A stretch of 62,776 bases of DNA, the filler included, from Stramenopiles sp. TOSAG23-3 (taxonomy: Eukaryota): assembly GCA_900128585.1 (NCBI GenBank). It is 8 parts of 8 records of this genome, joined end to end, with 100 filler letters (N's around TTAATTAATTAA, not from the genome) between each part and the next. Parts side by side here need not be neighbours in the genome. Positions count along the whole stretch, not along the records: positions 19,868 to 29,691 come from LT642876.1; positions 29,792 to 39,612 come from LT642877.1; 6 more parts are not named here. One strand, given 5' to 3'. The notes beneath the pieces are model-generated. The model saw nothing but the letters and a program-made list of their open reading frames with translations. It was not told the DNA's origin and searched no databases. Each line of letters begins with the position of its first letter. The stretch's first letter is position 1. Shown one piece after another: positions 20,708 to 30,075 of the stretch. A program made the translations under genes and the position numbers.

Positions 20708-21835
20708 TTACAAAGAAGGCGCCGGGCAGTGACTGGTTGAGGCATCTGTTCCGTTTAAAAGGATGTGAAGCCCACGATAATTGAAAGCTACAAATCCTGT
20801 TGTAAGCTCATGGTCTACGAACTCCCATAAACCCATGTTCCGAAGCCCGTGCTCTACGGAATCCAGCACGTCGAGCAAGTGCAGCACCCGGACGTCCCGT
20901 TTCTCCGTAAGGGGGTCGCACAAACCAAAACTCTTCATGTCTCGGTCCGGCAGGGGATGTGTTCCGCACGTCGTGCACGAGCAAGATGCGCACGGCTGCG
21001 CGCAGCAGTTTGTTTCGAAAGATAGAAGCACTGCCCCCGCAGTCCTCTCGGCCATCCCCTTGACGGCAATGAGCACAGAGCTGGCGCTCTCCATCATAGT
21101 GGCGCTGTTGGACTCATACGATTCCCAGTACACCCCGTCCAATAATTTTTCCTTCAGCAATGTCGAGACTAAAAATTGCTGGTCGTTGCCAAAGCTAAAA
21201 CGCAATTTTGGAAACTCATACTTTGATGTGACGGCGTCGTTCCAGAACCCTCTCATCGTTCGAAGCAGGTCCAAGTAATCCGAGAACATCAGCCCCTCAA
21301 TGTCGAAATTTGCCCCGTCAAGGTACGTTGGGTCTGGCATTTTGTCCAGGACGTCACGCATCCATTGAATCTTCACGTCAATGCTTCCACAGCACCACCC
21401 CTCCCCGGTTGAACTGCCGCGCTTGCATGCATTTTGGCACTGGCTCCCCGGCGCTGCGAACAGCGTGTCGTCAAACAAGACACGGACTTTGGCGTTAGTG
21501 CTTGTCCCGATACGTTGCGCGAAGTCAGAAAACTGGTTTGGGGAATACGAAGCGCAAGAGTACTGGTTTACAAACGAGACATTGTATTGCGTGCAGAATT
21601 GGACGAGATCGTCCGTGTTTGCTGCGTCCGTAAGAGTGTCGTAGTAAGAATACAGCCCAAACCCTCGGCTTTGAATCCGGCGCACCGTCCGGGGGCTTAA
21701 CGGCCCACCGCTCTGACGGACCTGGGTACGCAAAAAAGTAGTAGGTGCGTGCTCTCCTGCAACAAATCCTAACAAACAAAAAACAACAAAAGCAAAGCAG
21801 CCAGGAACATGCAACATACCAAAAACCTTTGCCAT
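20708..21835 (-). CDS. Secreted Cys-rich protein, possible GH18-like TIM-barrel glycoside hydrolase
   Basis: Signal peptide. YLDGANFDIEG resembles the GH18 DxxDxDxE motif. Two Cys clusters. Confidence 0.6.
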   Translation of the reverse strand: MAKVFGMLHVPGCFAFVVFCLLGFVAGEHAPTTFLRTQVRQSGGPLSPRTVRRIQSRGFGLYSYYDTLTDAANTDDLVQFCTQYNVSFVNQYSCASYSPNQFSDFAQRIGTSTNAKVRVLFDDTLFAAPGSQCQNACKRGSSTGEGWCCGSIDVKIQWMRDVLDKMPDPTYLDGANFDIEGLMFSDYLDLLRTMRGFWNDAVTSKYEFPKLRFSFGNDQQFLVSTLLKEKLLDGVYWESYESNSATMMESASSVLIAVKGMAERTAGAVLLSFETNCCAQPCASCSCTTCGTHPLPDRDMKSFGLCDPLTEKRDVRVLHLLDVLDSVEHGLRNMGLWEFVDHELTTGFVAFNYRGLHILLNGTDASTSHCPAPSL

Positions 21836-23392
21836 CGTTCCTTCCTCTTACAAAGAGAAGAAACACTAGCAAAGTCTCTGAATACACCCCGCTGTAAAGG
21901 TCTCCCCCCTTCACGCGTTTGAAACAAAAACGGACGTCTGGGAACACGAACTTGCGCTTCCGTCCTGGTCAACGTGACGCGGCTCCTATTTCAATCCCCT
22001 GGTTATGAAACAAAAGCGCTTAAACTCTAGTCGTAAGATACGTCCATAACAACCCTATCTCTAATTTTTATTGAAAATGGCTTCCTCTTCTGGATTAAAA
22101 CATGTTCTTCTTCGGCAGTACTACTTTTCCTTCATTTCTTTCTTCTTACATTTTTAATTATTTTTTTCAATAATAATTATTATTATTAATAATAATTGTT
22201 TTTTTTTTTTTGCTTCTTTTTTTTTGTTGCTGTTGCGCTTTTACTTCTTCTTCTCTTCTTTCTTCTTTCTTCTTCTTCTTGTTTGTTGTGCTGGCTCCTC
22301 TCTTTATTTAATTAATAAAAAGGTAGAATGTAGGATACCTTGATACTACATCATCATAGAATCTAGAATTAATAAGCACAGCATCAAATTCTATTTATTC
22401 TATTTTATTATTTTTGTTGTCTATATTTTATCCAATAATGTACGTACTGTTGTATACATTCTTTATTGTTCTTTCTTTGATGAAATTACAGTACCGGTAC
22501 CGGTACGAACATCATCTCTGAAGGACTTTATAAAATAGATGCAATGAAACAAACAACCCCACCCCCCCCCACCCCCTCCGGATGAGGAGTTTACTACAAC
22601 TAACTGAATGGCAGCATTGCCTGGCCTTGTATATATATATTCCATGGTCCTTGCACCGAACAAGACGAAACCGCTTCTTGATTTACATAATTTTATTAAG
22701 GTTCGTATTTATTCGTTTCATTTGTTGGGTATTTATTTATTGTATATGTTATAGAAACGTAATATTTCCTTACTACCTTGCAAGTTTGACAGTTTTAGAC
22801 TACAACCAATCGCAACTGAAGAATTCTACCAGAAGAGAAGAGAAGGGGAGGGGGAAGGCTTTATTACTACTTGAATTATTATTGTTCTTTCTTCCTTTTG
22901 ATCAAAAGAAAGTTCTTCTCCAAATTGTTACCATCCATGTCACATATTATATTTTGTTAAATAATGTATCTATAGTATATATATTAATAAAATTATTAAT
23001 TTCAATATTTGAAACATGTTTGGAGTCAATGAAGGATTACCCTGTTTTCTTCTGTGTTCTTCCCAGTTCAAACCCAATGAACCTGCTGTATTCCTGCTGT
23101 CGTTTGTCCTCTGCACAAGCAATTGAACCAACAACATTTTAACACCAGGCAGGGTGGTCGGAAAATGTTGTTGTTGTGGTGTTGTACAAAACATCATCGT
23201 AATATGTTATCTACGAAGAACCCCTTCAAGGTTTCTGCCCCCAGCTCAGGGAGGGACGGGTTGCATGCGTGTAAGGTTGGGGCTCGATACGTGGATACAA
23301 AGAAAAGAAAATCGAGGTGTACGGGTGTGAGTTTGTTCATAATCGGAACAAAAATATTGCAACGATACTACCAAACGAAACAATCAAATTTT

Positions 23393-24481
23393 ATGGAAAA
23401 TAGTATGGCACCAACAGAACCAAAGGATGGAGAGAACACTACAGTCATTGATACTGGGGCTACCAACGATATAAAGCCCGCTGGCTGGCAGCCGGAAGCC
23501 CTGCCTGCCCCCGCTGCAGGTGGTACGACTCTAGGAGAGTTGCAGAAACTAACGCCGCGCCAGGCAGAACTTAGTGGTGCCGTAACAACTCCGTCAAAGC
23601 TAGGTACCCTCGTCCAAGATACTCCCCCGTCAACAACTTCAAGCGATAGTAAACTGGCACCAACGGACGGGCCCTTGGAAGGTAACTGCTCAAACATAGA
23701 ATTGCTCCACTCTGGGTCGAAATGGTTCTGGAGGCCAAACATTCACCTTGACATAGAGATTTATGCCCTCTCAACGCCAGTGGCATGCTACGCGGCCCGA
23801 GTTAACTACAGAGACACCTCAGCAGAATTGCCTTACTTATTCTTTGACAAAGAGAAAGTCGATGCTGAAATAGACCAAGAGGCTGTTATCAAAGGGCCCG
23901 CACTGGCCCCCCACGAAGCCTTGAAACGTGCTCGAACCGGGCCCCGGCGCACAATCGATGTAGCATCGCTTTCTGAAGAAGAACGGGCTGAAAAAGTGGA
24001 AGAGGAGAGTAAAGTGCGCCAAAAGCGAGCGAATGAACAGGCATCAACCATCTGCTTGAACAAAATTGAATTGGTGAAGAACAAAGAAACTCTTGAGGTC
24101 AAAGTCTTCATCAAAGGCAGTACCATGACCGGGCATACGATAGAGCTTTCCACGACAGACGGCAATAAGGAAACCGTTGAGTCCATCCGTCTACCACGTA
24201 CACCATTTGTAAAACCAGAAAATGCTAGTGTTGCCGAGTTTCGTAGAATCAACAAACTCTTTGAAAAACACATGGACAAAGCAAAAGAGGCCCGTGCGAG
24301 TGCTGAAGACATCCATCAAGCACAAGCCGATGTAGTGGAAATGTTGAAGACAAACATTCGTCACACCATTCCAAATGCTAGAAAGAATGCAACGAAGTTC
24401 GGTAAGAAGGTATTCTCGGGCCTTAACAAATTAAAACTTATTGAAACCCGTGAGCTTTTGGCAGCAAAAGGAATTAAGTGA
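23393..24481 (+). CDS. Hypothetical protein
   Basis: Long ORF with coding composition from about ATG 23393. The upstream part of the track ORF looks like UTR, so the start is uncertain. Confidence 0.7.
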   Translation: MENSMAPTEPKDGENTTVIDTGATNDIKPAGWQPEALPAPAAGGTTLGELQKLTPRQAELSGAVTTPSKLGTLVQDTPPSTTSSDSKLAPTDGPLEGNCSNIELLHSGSKWFWRPNIHLDIEIYALSTPVACYAARVNYRDTSAELPYLFFDKEKVDAEIDQEAVIKGPALAPHEALKRARTGPRRTIDVASLSEEERAEKVEEESKVRQKRANEQASTICLNKIELVKNKETLEVKVFIKGSTMTGHTIELSTTDGNKETVESIRLPRTPFVKPENASVAEFRRINKLFEKHMDKAKEARASAEDIHQAQADVVEMLKTNIRHTIPNARKNATKFGKKVFSGLNKLKLIETRELLAAKGIK

Positions 24482-24923
24482 ACCGGTTGCAATTCCAGCA
24501 AAAATGTTCCGTGTACAGTACCTGGTACCCGCTCTTTGAGCGCAGTGTCAAGCCAGATTTATTTTTTAATTTTATAAAGTTTTAAAAAAACATTATTATA
24601 TAGTATGCTTTAAGACTCTCGCTTTATATTTTAGTGGTTTATCATAATAAATAAAAAACATTTACCGGGGGGTTTGCGCCAGAAAGCACTAATCGAACCA
24701 ATGGTCGGTCCAATTCTAAGCTAATACTGTTATGGACTCTCGTAGCTTGTGTGGGTTCAATTTGAAACCCCCTGAAAACAAAATATTTTTAAAAACACGC
24801 GGTAATTTAAATCAGTTAACAAAAGTAAAAATGGTCCTTCGTAAACTTAAACACAAGACATGACACACAGATTTCTTGAGTTAAAAAATTTAAGTTTTGA
24901 GTGAGAGAAAAGCATCAATTTTA

Positions 24924-24955
24924 ATTACTTAAATAATCAGCCAATTTTTCGTTTT
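24924..24955 (-). repeat. Dispersed 3'-end element copy
   Basis: ATTACTTAAATAATCAGCCAATTTTTCGTTTT, about 48 nt after the stop at 25003. Confidence 0.85.
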
Positions 24956-25002
24956 CTAAGAGAGTATTTTTTTTAATTTACTACTGGATGCGCTGTGCGC
25001 GT

Positions 25003-28000
25003 TCACTTCTTCTCTTCGGCACCACTGGCACCACCTGGGGCCTGGAACGTATTGACATATCTCAATCTCATGCTCGTAGGTCCTCCACGACGTGATGATA
25101 TTGAAAATCTGTTTTTGCCACCGTTCTTTGCGTGTTGAGCGGTACCTTCGTCTAAACTCACACTGCGCGACAATTTTGCTGGCAAAGGCTCTCGCGCAGA
25201 TTTACCGGAATCGCTCAAGTTCAATTTCTTGGGCACTATAGACGGTGGCTTGCGCAATGTCGAAGAAGAACTCCGAGGAGAACCACTCGGCGACCCCGGG
25301 CTCTTGGATTTTCCCATAGCAAGAGCTAGGGCTACTTCCGGTGACGGGTACATCACAGATTTAAAAGATGGAGAACCACTTCTAGATTTTGAACGAGGGG
25401 ACACAGAAGGCGGAGGCGTCGGTCCAAGATCTGCATCCGTCGGCGGGAGAACAAGCGCTGACGGCCGTCGGCGATCCTTTTTCGTCGGTGTCACTGGAGA
25501 AGACACTGCCTCCGGTGATGACTCGTTGCTCGATGATTTGGAATTGACCCACATTTTTGACTTCTCGTCGTACACAAACTTGTTTTCCCTCCCCAAATTT
25601 GCCACGACCGCTTTTTGGTTCTCATCGGCGGCACCTAGGTCAGCATCAGCAGCAGCATTGTTGTGCGCCCCGTCGGGTTTGTCTTTCCCGAAAAATGCTC
25701 CCACCGTCGATATCATTCCCCAAAATTTCCACGAATCCTCGTTCGAACCTGGCGTATTGTTTCCAGACCCATTGTCACTCACGTAAGGAGAATCCGAACG
25801 ACCCGTACCGGACGACAGTCGTCCAGACTCTGAAAATTCATCGGACGACGACTCTGTAGTGTACTCATTTTGAGACAAGTCCTCGTCCATGTACTCACTG
25901 CCACCCCGTCTACGAAGAAAATCCATCAGCTGAATCAATTGTGCAGATGGATTGCTGCTCTCGGTCGCCTTGGTGAATGCGATATCCAACGACGTTTCCT
26001 TGTTTTTATTTTGCAAATCGTAGTTAGCCCCATAATCGGCAAGTAACTTTACAAGCTTAATGTTTTCCAAACCAACCGCAATGTGCAGCGGGGAATTTCC
26101 CAATCTGTCGGTAACGTCTACAGACGCTGCGCTTTCCAAGAGAAACCTTACACAACTTTCATCGCCCGCTCGGGTTGAAATGTGGAGTGGGGTATCACCA
26201 GCCTTGTTCACTTCATCAATGTCAACATCCCCGCCGTCCGCAGCACCTTGACTGTAAAGCACCGATAACAGTTCGAGGTCTCTCTCTTTGCACGCTTGAT
26301 GCACCGCATACTTTTGCTGCGGCGCAGGCGGAACAGTGAGCTCCTGCTTACGGGGCGAGGCGATTGGGCTTGTTTTTTTCATCTGTTCTCCCAAACTATT
26401 GAGAGCAGCGTTTTCAAAGAACCTTTCCCATACATTAGCCACTCGTTGCGGGGAGGTCGGTTTGTTCTCGCTGCTGCCTTCTTCCGGGGTGTCTGGGTCA
26501 ACAGAAGTTTCAATGGGTCCTTCGCTCTTCGATAGCGAAGATGGCGCCTCCACCTTGTCGTCCGCGACGTTTTGGGCAGCTGCTTGCTCGCCCATGTATG
26601 TTTCTTCTGGCAATGTGGGGGTACTTGGTGGCACATAGCCATTGTTAGTTTTCCTACTTTCCACTGCGTGGCCAAAATGTTGCCCACTGTGTAAATTACT
26701 TTGATGGGCAACGCCTTCTTCTCCAACACTATTTGCGATAGGAGGCACTCCTTTAGGAGGTTCCCAGCTCGATTCGCCGGTCTCGGTATTGTAATAGTAC
26801 ACCGCTCCCTCTTCTGAAGTATACCCTACCCATGGTGAACTGTTATGACCCCAAGCGCTCCACATATTGATATCAACTTCTCCCCCTTCTGCGTACGAAG
26901 CCTCGGGTGGAACGCCCGATTCACCTTGCGCGCCGTACCAGGGCTGCTGCCTGCTTTCGACTGAAGCTTCCAGACGCAAGGGTTGATACTGGGCGCTAGC
27001 AACTCCGGCTACGCGGGCGGTGTCTCCTGAATACGTAGATGAATCGCTGCTGTTCTGACCCTGCAGTTCCGGGGGAACGCTATGCGGGATTCTTTCAATT
27101 TGCTCAGCAGACGGTGGGTTGTCTGGCACTGGTATTCCACCTACGGTAGGTACGTCTTCGAGGACAGTCCCTGCATAAGCCGGCGGGGCATTCTCTGCAA
27201 CGCTTTCTACAGGCTTTTCTTCTGGAAGGCCAGAACCGTGCGGTGTGCGATTCTCGTGGGCCAGGTAAGTCGCACGGGCGTTTCCATCGACGCGGCCATC
27301 GACTGCGTAAGCAGTAGAGCTGGGAAGGATCCCTGCCGTCCCGTGCGACGCAACTTCTTGGTATGTCTCTGTAAGGTGTTCGTTTTGTACTGTGTCAGCC
27401 TTTCGGCTGTCGTTTGTAGGGGCGGGCACGCTGGCTGTTTCGATAAAGCCTTGCTCAGCTGGCGCTTCCGGCGACACAGAGCCCTCGCTTTCTTCAGGTG
27501 CAGCAGCAGCTTCGTGAGCCACTGGTTTATCCGCGGGAACGCTTTCAACATTGTCGGGGTGCTCGCTTGGCAACCCGCCGTGCTCCACCTCGCCGTCACC
27601 GTATGCGTAGTGGATGCTACTGCTTTGGTTCTCCAGCTCGCTTTTTGCAGCAGCGAGTGCTGCCTCCAACTGCAAGATCCTTGTGTCAGAGTCTTCGTTC
27701 TTGGAAAGCGTCACCGACAGTCTGCGCTCATATTGCTCCAATGCCGCCGCATACTGAATCGTTTGCGTCTTCATCGCGTCTTCCACAGATGCCAACGACG
27801 TCTCCAGCGTGTGCTCCTTGTTAGCCTTCGCTTCCAGCTGCATGGATAAACCGTGGACTTGTTGTTCGCTCATTCTCGAACTTGCTCTAACCTCGTTCAA
27901 CTGTTTTTTCTGGGAAGCATTGATTACTTCGAAGCTTCTCAGTTCCATGCGAAGGCTGTTTATGGACCCCATCAACGCGTCTTCCGTGGCTTTGCTCTTG

Positions 28001-29691
28001 CTCTCCAGTGCTACGAACTGCTCGGTTAATTTAGACTTCTCCGCGGAAAGCTTCTTTATGTCCGCTTCCTGCGTTTGTGCTTGCGCTTGCACCTTTGTAA
28101 ACTGCGCATTTTTGTCACGGAGTTCCCTGCGCACGCGGTCAAGCTCTTCTTCGACTACCACCAACCTGGTCTTCAACTCTTTGTTCTCATCCGTCATCCC
28201 CATGGACTCTGCAACTAAGGCTTCGTACACGTCGCGCTCCACTTTCCCCCCTCTGACCGGGGAATAAGGATTCGGCGTAAACACGCTCGATCCCGGCTGC
28301 GCCGATATACTGCCCAAGCTTGCCAGGGGGGTGGAGGCGAGCACACTTTTCCTCGGGGACCCCGAGCTGGACCCTGCTGCCTCGCTGTCGCTGTCGCTCG
28401 ATATCAAATGCGAAACGTTTCCTCCGGCGTTTGATGCGCTTAGCAACGGTGAGTGCACGGAGGGTGGCACTTTTGTGGCCTGTACTACTGGGCGGCGGAT
28501 TTGGTCGGGTAGCATCCGTGCGGGCAACAGCGCAACGCGCTCTGCGCACCACTTTTTTCCCGCTTTGACGGCGACATCGTGCACGGTAGAACCGCTGTTG
28601 GTTTTTGTGTCCAGTATCGCTCCGTACTCGGCCAACTGCACGATGCAAGACGCGTGGCCATTGCCCGCCGCCACGTGCGCGGGAGTCTCCCCTCCCGAAT
28701 TCCTAGTCCCCGGGTTCGCGCCAAACTCTAACAAATACTGTACGCATGACAGGTCCCCCACCGTTGCCGCGAGATGAAGGGGGGAGTTGCCCTCGCGATT
28801 TTGCACGTCCAACGAACTCCCCATTGTCCTAAGGTACGAGGCCACGTCGACCGAATACTTGCCGTTTCCCCCTTTGCAGGCGTGGTGCATCACCGTGTTC
28901 CCTTCGTTGTCCAGCGTAAGAGGGTCTGCCCCTGCCTCGAACAACATTTCCATCCCTGCGAAGTATCCCTGTGCCGCCGCAATGTGCAGAGCGGTTCGGC
29001 CCGCTTTTGCATCAGGGGCGTTTGGATCGGCACCATCCCGTAGCAACTGCTGCACGTGCTCGTCCCCTTGGTAGTTGTAGGACACTGCCCCGTGCAGTGG
29101 CGCGTCCACAGAGACCCTGCGAACGGCCGGCGCTGTCCCCAGGTCGCCGCCAGGGGACGCGCTCGTCGACGGCGTCATAACGTTTCTATTATTGTGGGCA
29201 GACTTCTTGCCCGACTTACCGGCGTCCCCGTTCAGCCCGTGCGTGCGTATCTTGAGGTTCGGCTTCGGGAAGTGGCTTTTCGGGGTCCTAAATTCGTCGT
29301 CGTCGTTTTTCACCCGCCCAGCTCCCTCCGTTCCGTTAGGGCCTTTCGCCGAGACGTTGGACAGCGACGACGACGGTCGCTGGGTCCGCTTTTCGGGGGC
29401 GGACCGGGGTGGCGTGGGAAACGGAGACTCCCACTGCGATTCACCGGTCGCCCCGTTGTAATAATACGCCACCCCGTCGTCTGTCAAACACGTCGACCAT
29501 GCGGCCCACGCTACCTCCTGGGCAGCGTCAAAAACTGACGGGCTGGAAGCACCAGACTTCTTCGGCGAAGGCCTCGGGCCCTCTGGCGTCGTCGCGGACG
29601 ACGAGGACGACGCTTGACTAGTTTTTCGCACCAACTTCCCCCCTCGGTTAAGGTGCACCCCTTTCTCGGGCTGGGGCGCACTGCGAACTTC
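25003..29691 (-). CDS. WW-ankyrin-coiled coil-WW-ankyrin protein with Sec16-like C-terminal motifs (5'-truncated)
   Basis: Two WW domains (W...G..YYYN..TGES.W..P), two ankyrin clusters (GxTPLH) and a central coiled coil. Frame is open to the linker. Confidence 0.88.
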   Translation of the reverse strand, partial: EVRSAPQPEKGVHLNRGGKLVRKTSQASSSSSATTPEGPRPSPKKSGASSPSVFDAAQEVAWAAWSTCLTDDGVAYYYNGATGESQWESPFPTPPRSAPEKRTQRPSSSLSNVSAKGPNGTEGAGRVKNDDDEFRTPKSHFPKPNLKIRTHGLNGDAGKSGKKSAHNNRNVMTPSTSASPGGDLGTAPAVRRVSVDAPLHGAVSYNYQGDEHVQQLLRDGADPNAPDAKAGRTALHIAAAQGYFAGMEMLFEAGADPLTLDNEGNTVMHHACKGGNGKYSVDVASYLRTMGSSLDVQNREGNSPLHLAATVGDLSCVQYLLEFGANPGTRNSGGETPAHVAAGNGHASCIVQLAEYGAILDTKTNSGSTVHDVAVKAGKKWCAERVALLPARMLPDQIRRPVVQATKVPPSVHSPLLSASNAGGNVSHLISSDSDSEAAGSSSGSPRKSVLASTPLASLGSISAQPGSSVFTPNPYSPVRGGKVERDVYEALVAESMGMTDENKELKTRLVVVEEELDRVRRELRDKNAQFTKVQAQAQTQEADIKKLSAEKSKLTEQFVALESKSKATEDALMGSINSLRMELRSFEVINASQKKQLNEVRASSRMSEQQVHGLSMQLEAKANKEHTLETSLASVEDAMKTQTIQYAAALEQYERRLSVTLSKNEDSDTRILQLEAALAAAKSELENQSSSIHYAYGDGEVEHGGLPSEHPDNVESVPADKPVAHEAAAAPEESEGSVSPEAPAEQGFIETASVPAPTNDSRKADTVQNEHLTETYQEVASHGTAGILPSSTAYAVDGRVDGNARATYLAHENRTPHGSGLPEEKPVESVAENAPPAYAGTVLEDVPTVGGIPVPDNPPSAEQIERIPHSVPPELQGQNSSDSSTYSGDTARVAGVASAQYQPLRLEASVESRQQPWYGAQGESGVPPEASYAEGGEVDINMWSAWGHNSSPWVGYTSEEGAVYYYNTETGESSWEPPKGVPPIANSVGEEGVAHQSNLHSGQHFGHAVESRKTNNGYVPPSTPTLPEETYMGEQAAAQNVADDKVEAPSSLSKSEGPIETSVDPDTPEEGSSENKPTSPQRVANVWERFFENAALNSLGEQMKKTSPIASPRKQELTVPPAPQQKYAVHQACKERDLELLSVLYSQGAADGGDVDIDEVNKAGDTPLHISTRAGDESCVRFLLESAASVDVTDRLGNSPLHIAVGLENIKLVKLLADYGANYDLQNKNKETSLDIAFTKATESSNPSAQLIQLMDFLRRRGGSEYMDEDLSQNEYTTESSSDEFSESGRLSSGTGRSDSPYVSDNGSGNNTPGSNEDSWKFWGMISTVGAFFGKDKPDGAHNNAAADADLGAADENQKAVVANLGRENKFVYDEKSKMWVNSKSSSNESSPEAVSSPVTPTKKDRRRPSALVLPPTDADLGPTPPPSVSPRSKSRSGSPSFKSVMYPSPEVALALAMGKSKSPGSPSGSPRSSSSTLRKPPSIVPKKLNLSDSGKSAREPLPAKLSRSVSLDEGTAQHAKNGGKNRFSISSRRGGPTSMRLRYVNTFQAPGGASGAEEKK

Positions 29692-29791
29692 NNNNNNNNN
29701 NNNNNNNNNNNNNNNNNNNNNNNNNNNNNNNNNNNTTAATTAATTAANNNNNNNNNNNNNNNNNNNNNNNNNNNNNNNNNNNNNNNNNNNN
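29692..29791. other. Artificial contig linker
   Basis: N44-TTAATTAATTAA-N44. Confidence 0.99.
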
Positions 29792-30075
29792 CTTCCAGCT
29801 TTTTATTATTTATAAATTTTTTTAAATTATAAATATATTTATTCTACCCATATTATATTTATGTGTGAAGTAATAAAATAATAATAATATAAATAATTAT
29901 TATTAATAATAATTTTTGAAGAAGGGGTAAATATGAAATCTATCGATACTCTATCAGGATTTAGATGGTGTGAAAGAAATGTGCTGGTATGTTTTTACAT
30001 TGTTTTTCTTTGCAAATTAAACAAAGAAACAAAAGACTTTTCGTCTATCAATTTGCATAATACACGGACAAGATC

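Noticed and set aside
22582-23392. ORF 22582-23142 and the N-terminal extension of ORF 23123
   Set aside because: Low-complexity AT-rich spacer sequence with non-ATG starts.
27082-29621. Many antisense or alternate-frame ORFs inside long genes, here and throughout the track
   Set aside because: Expected shadows of GC-rich coding sequence with no independent motifs.
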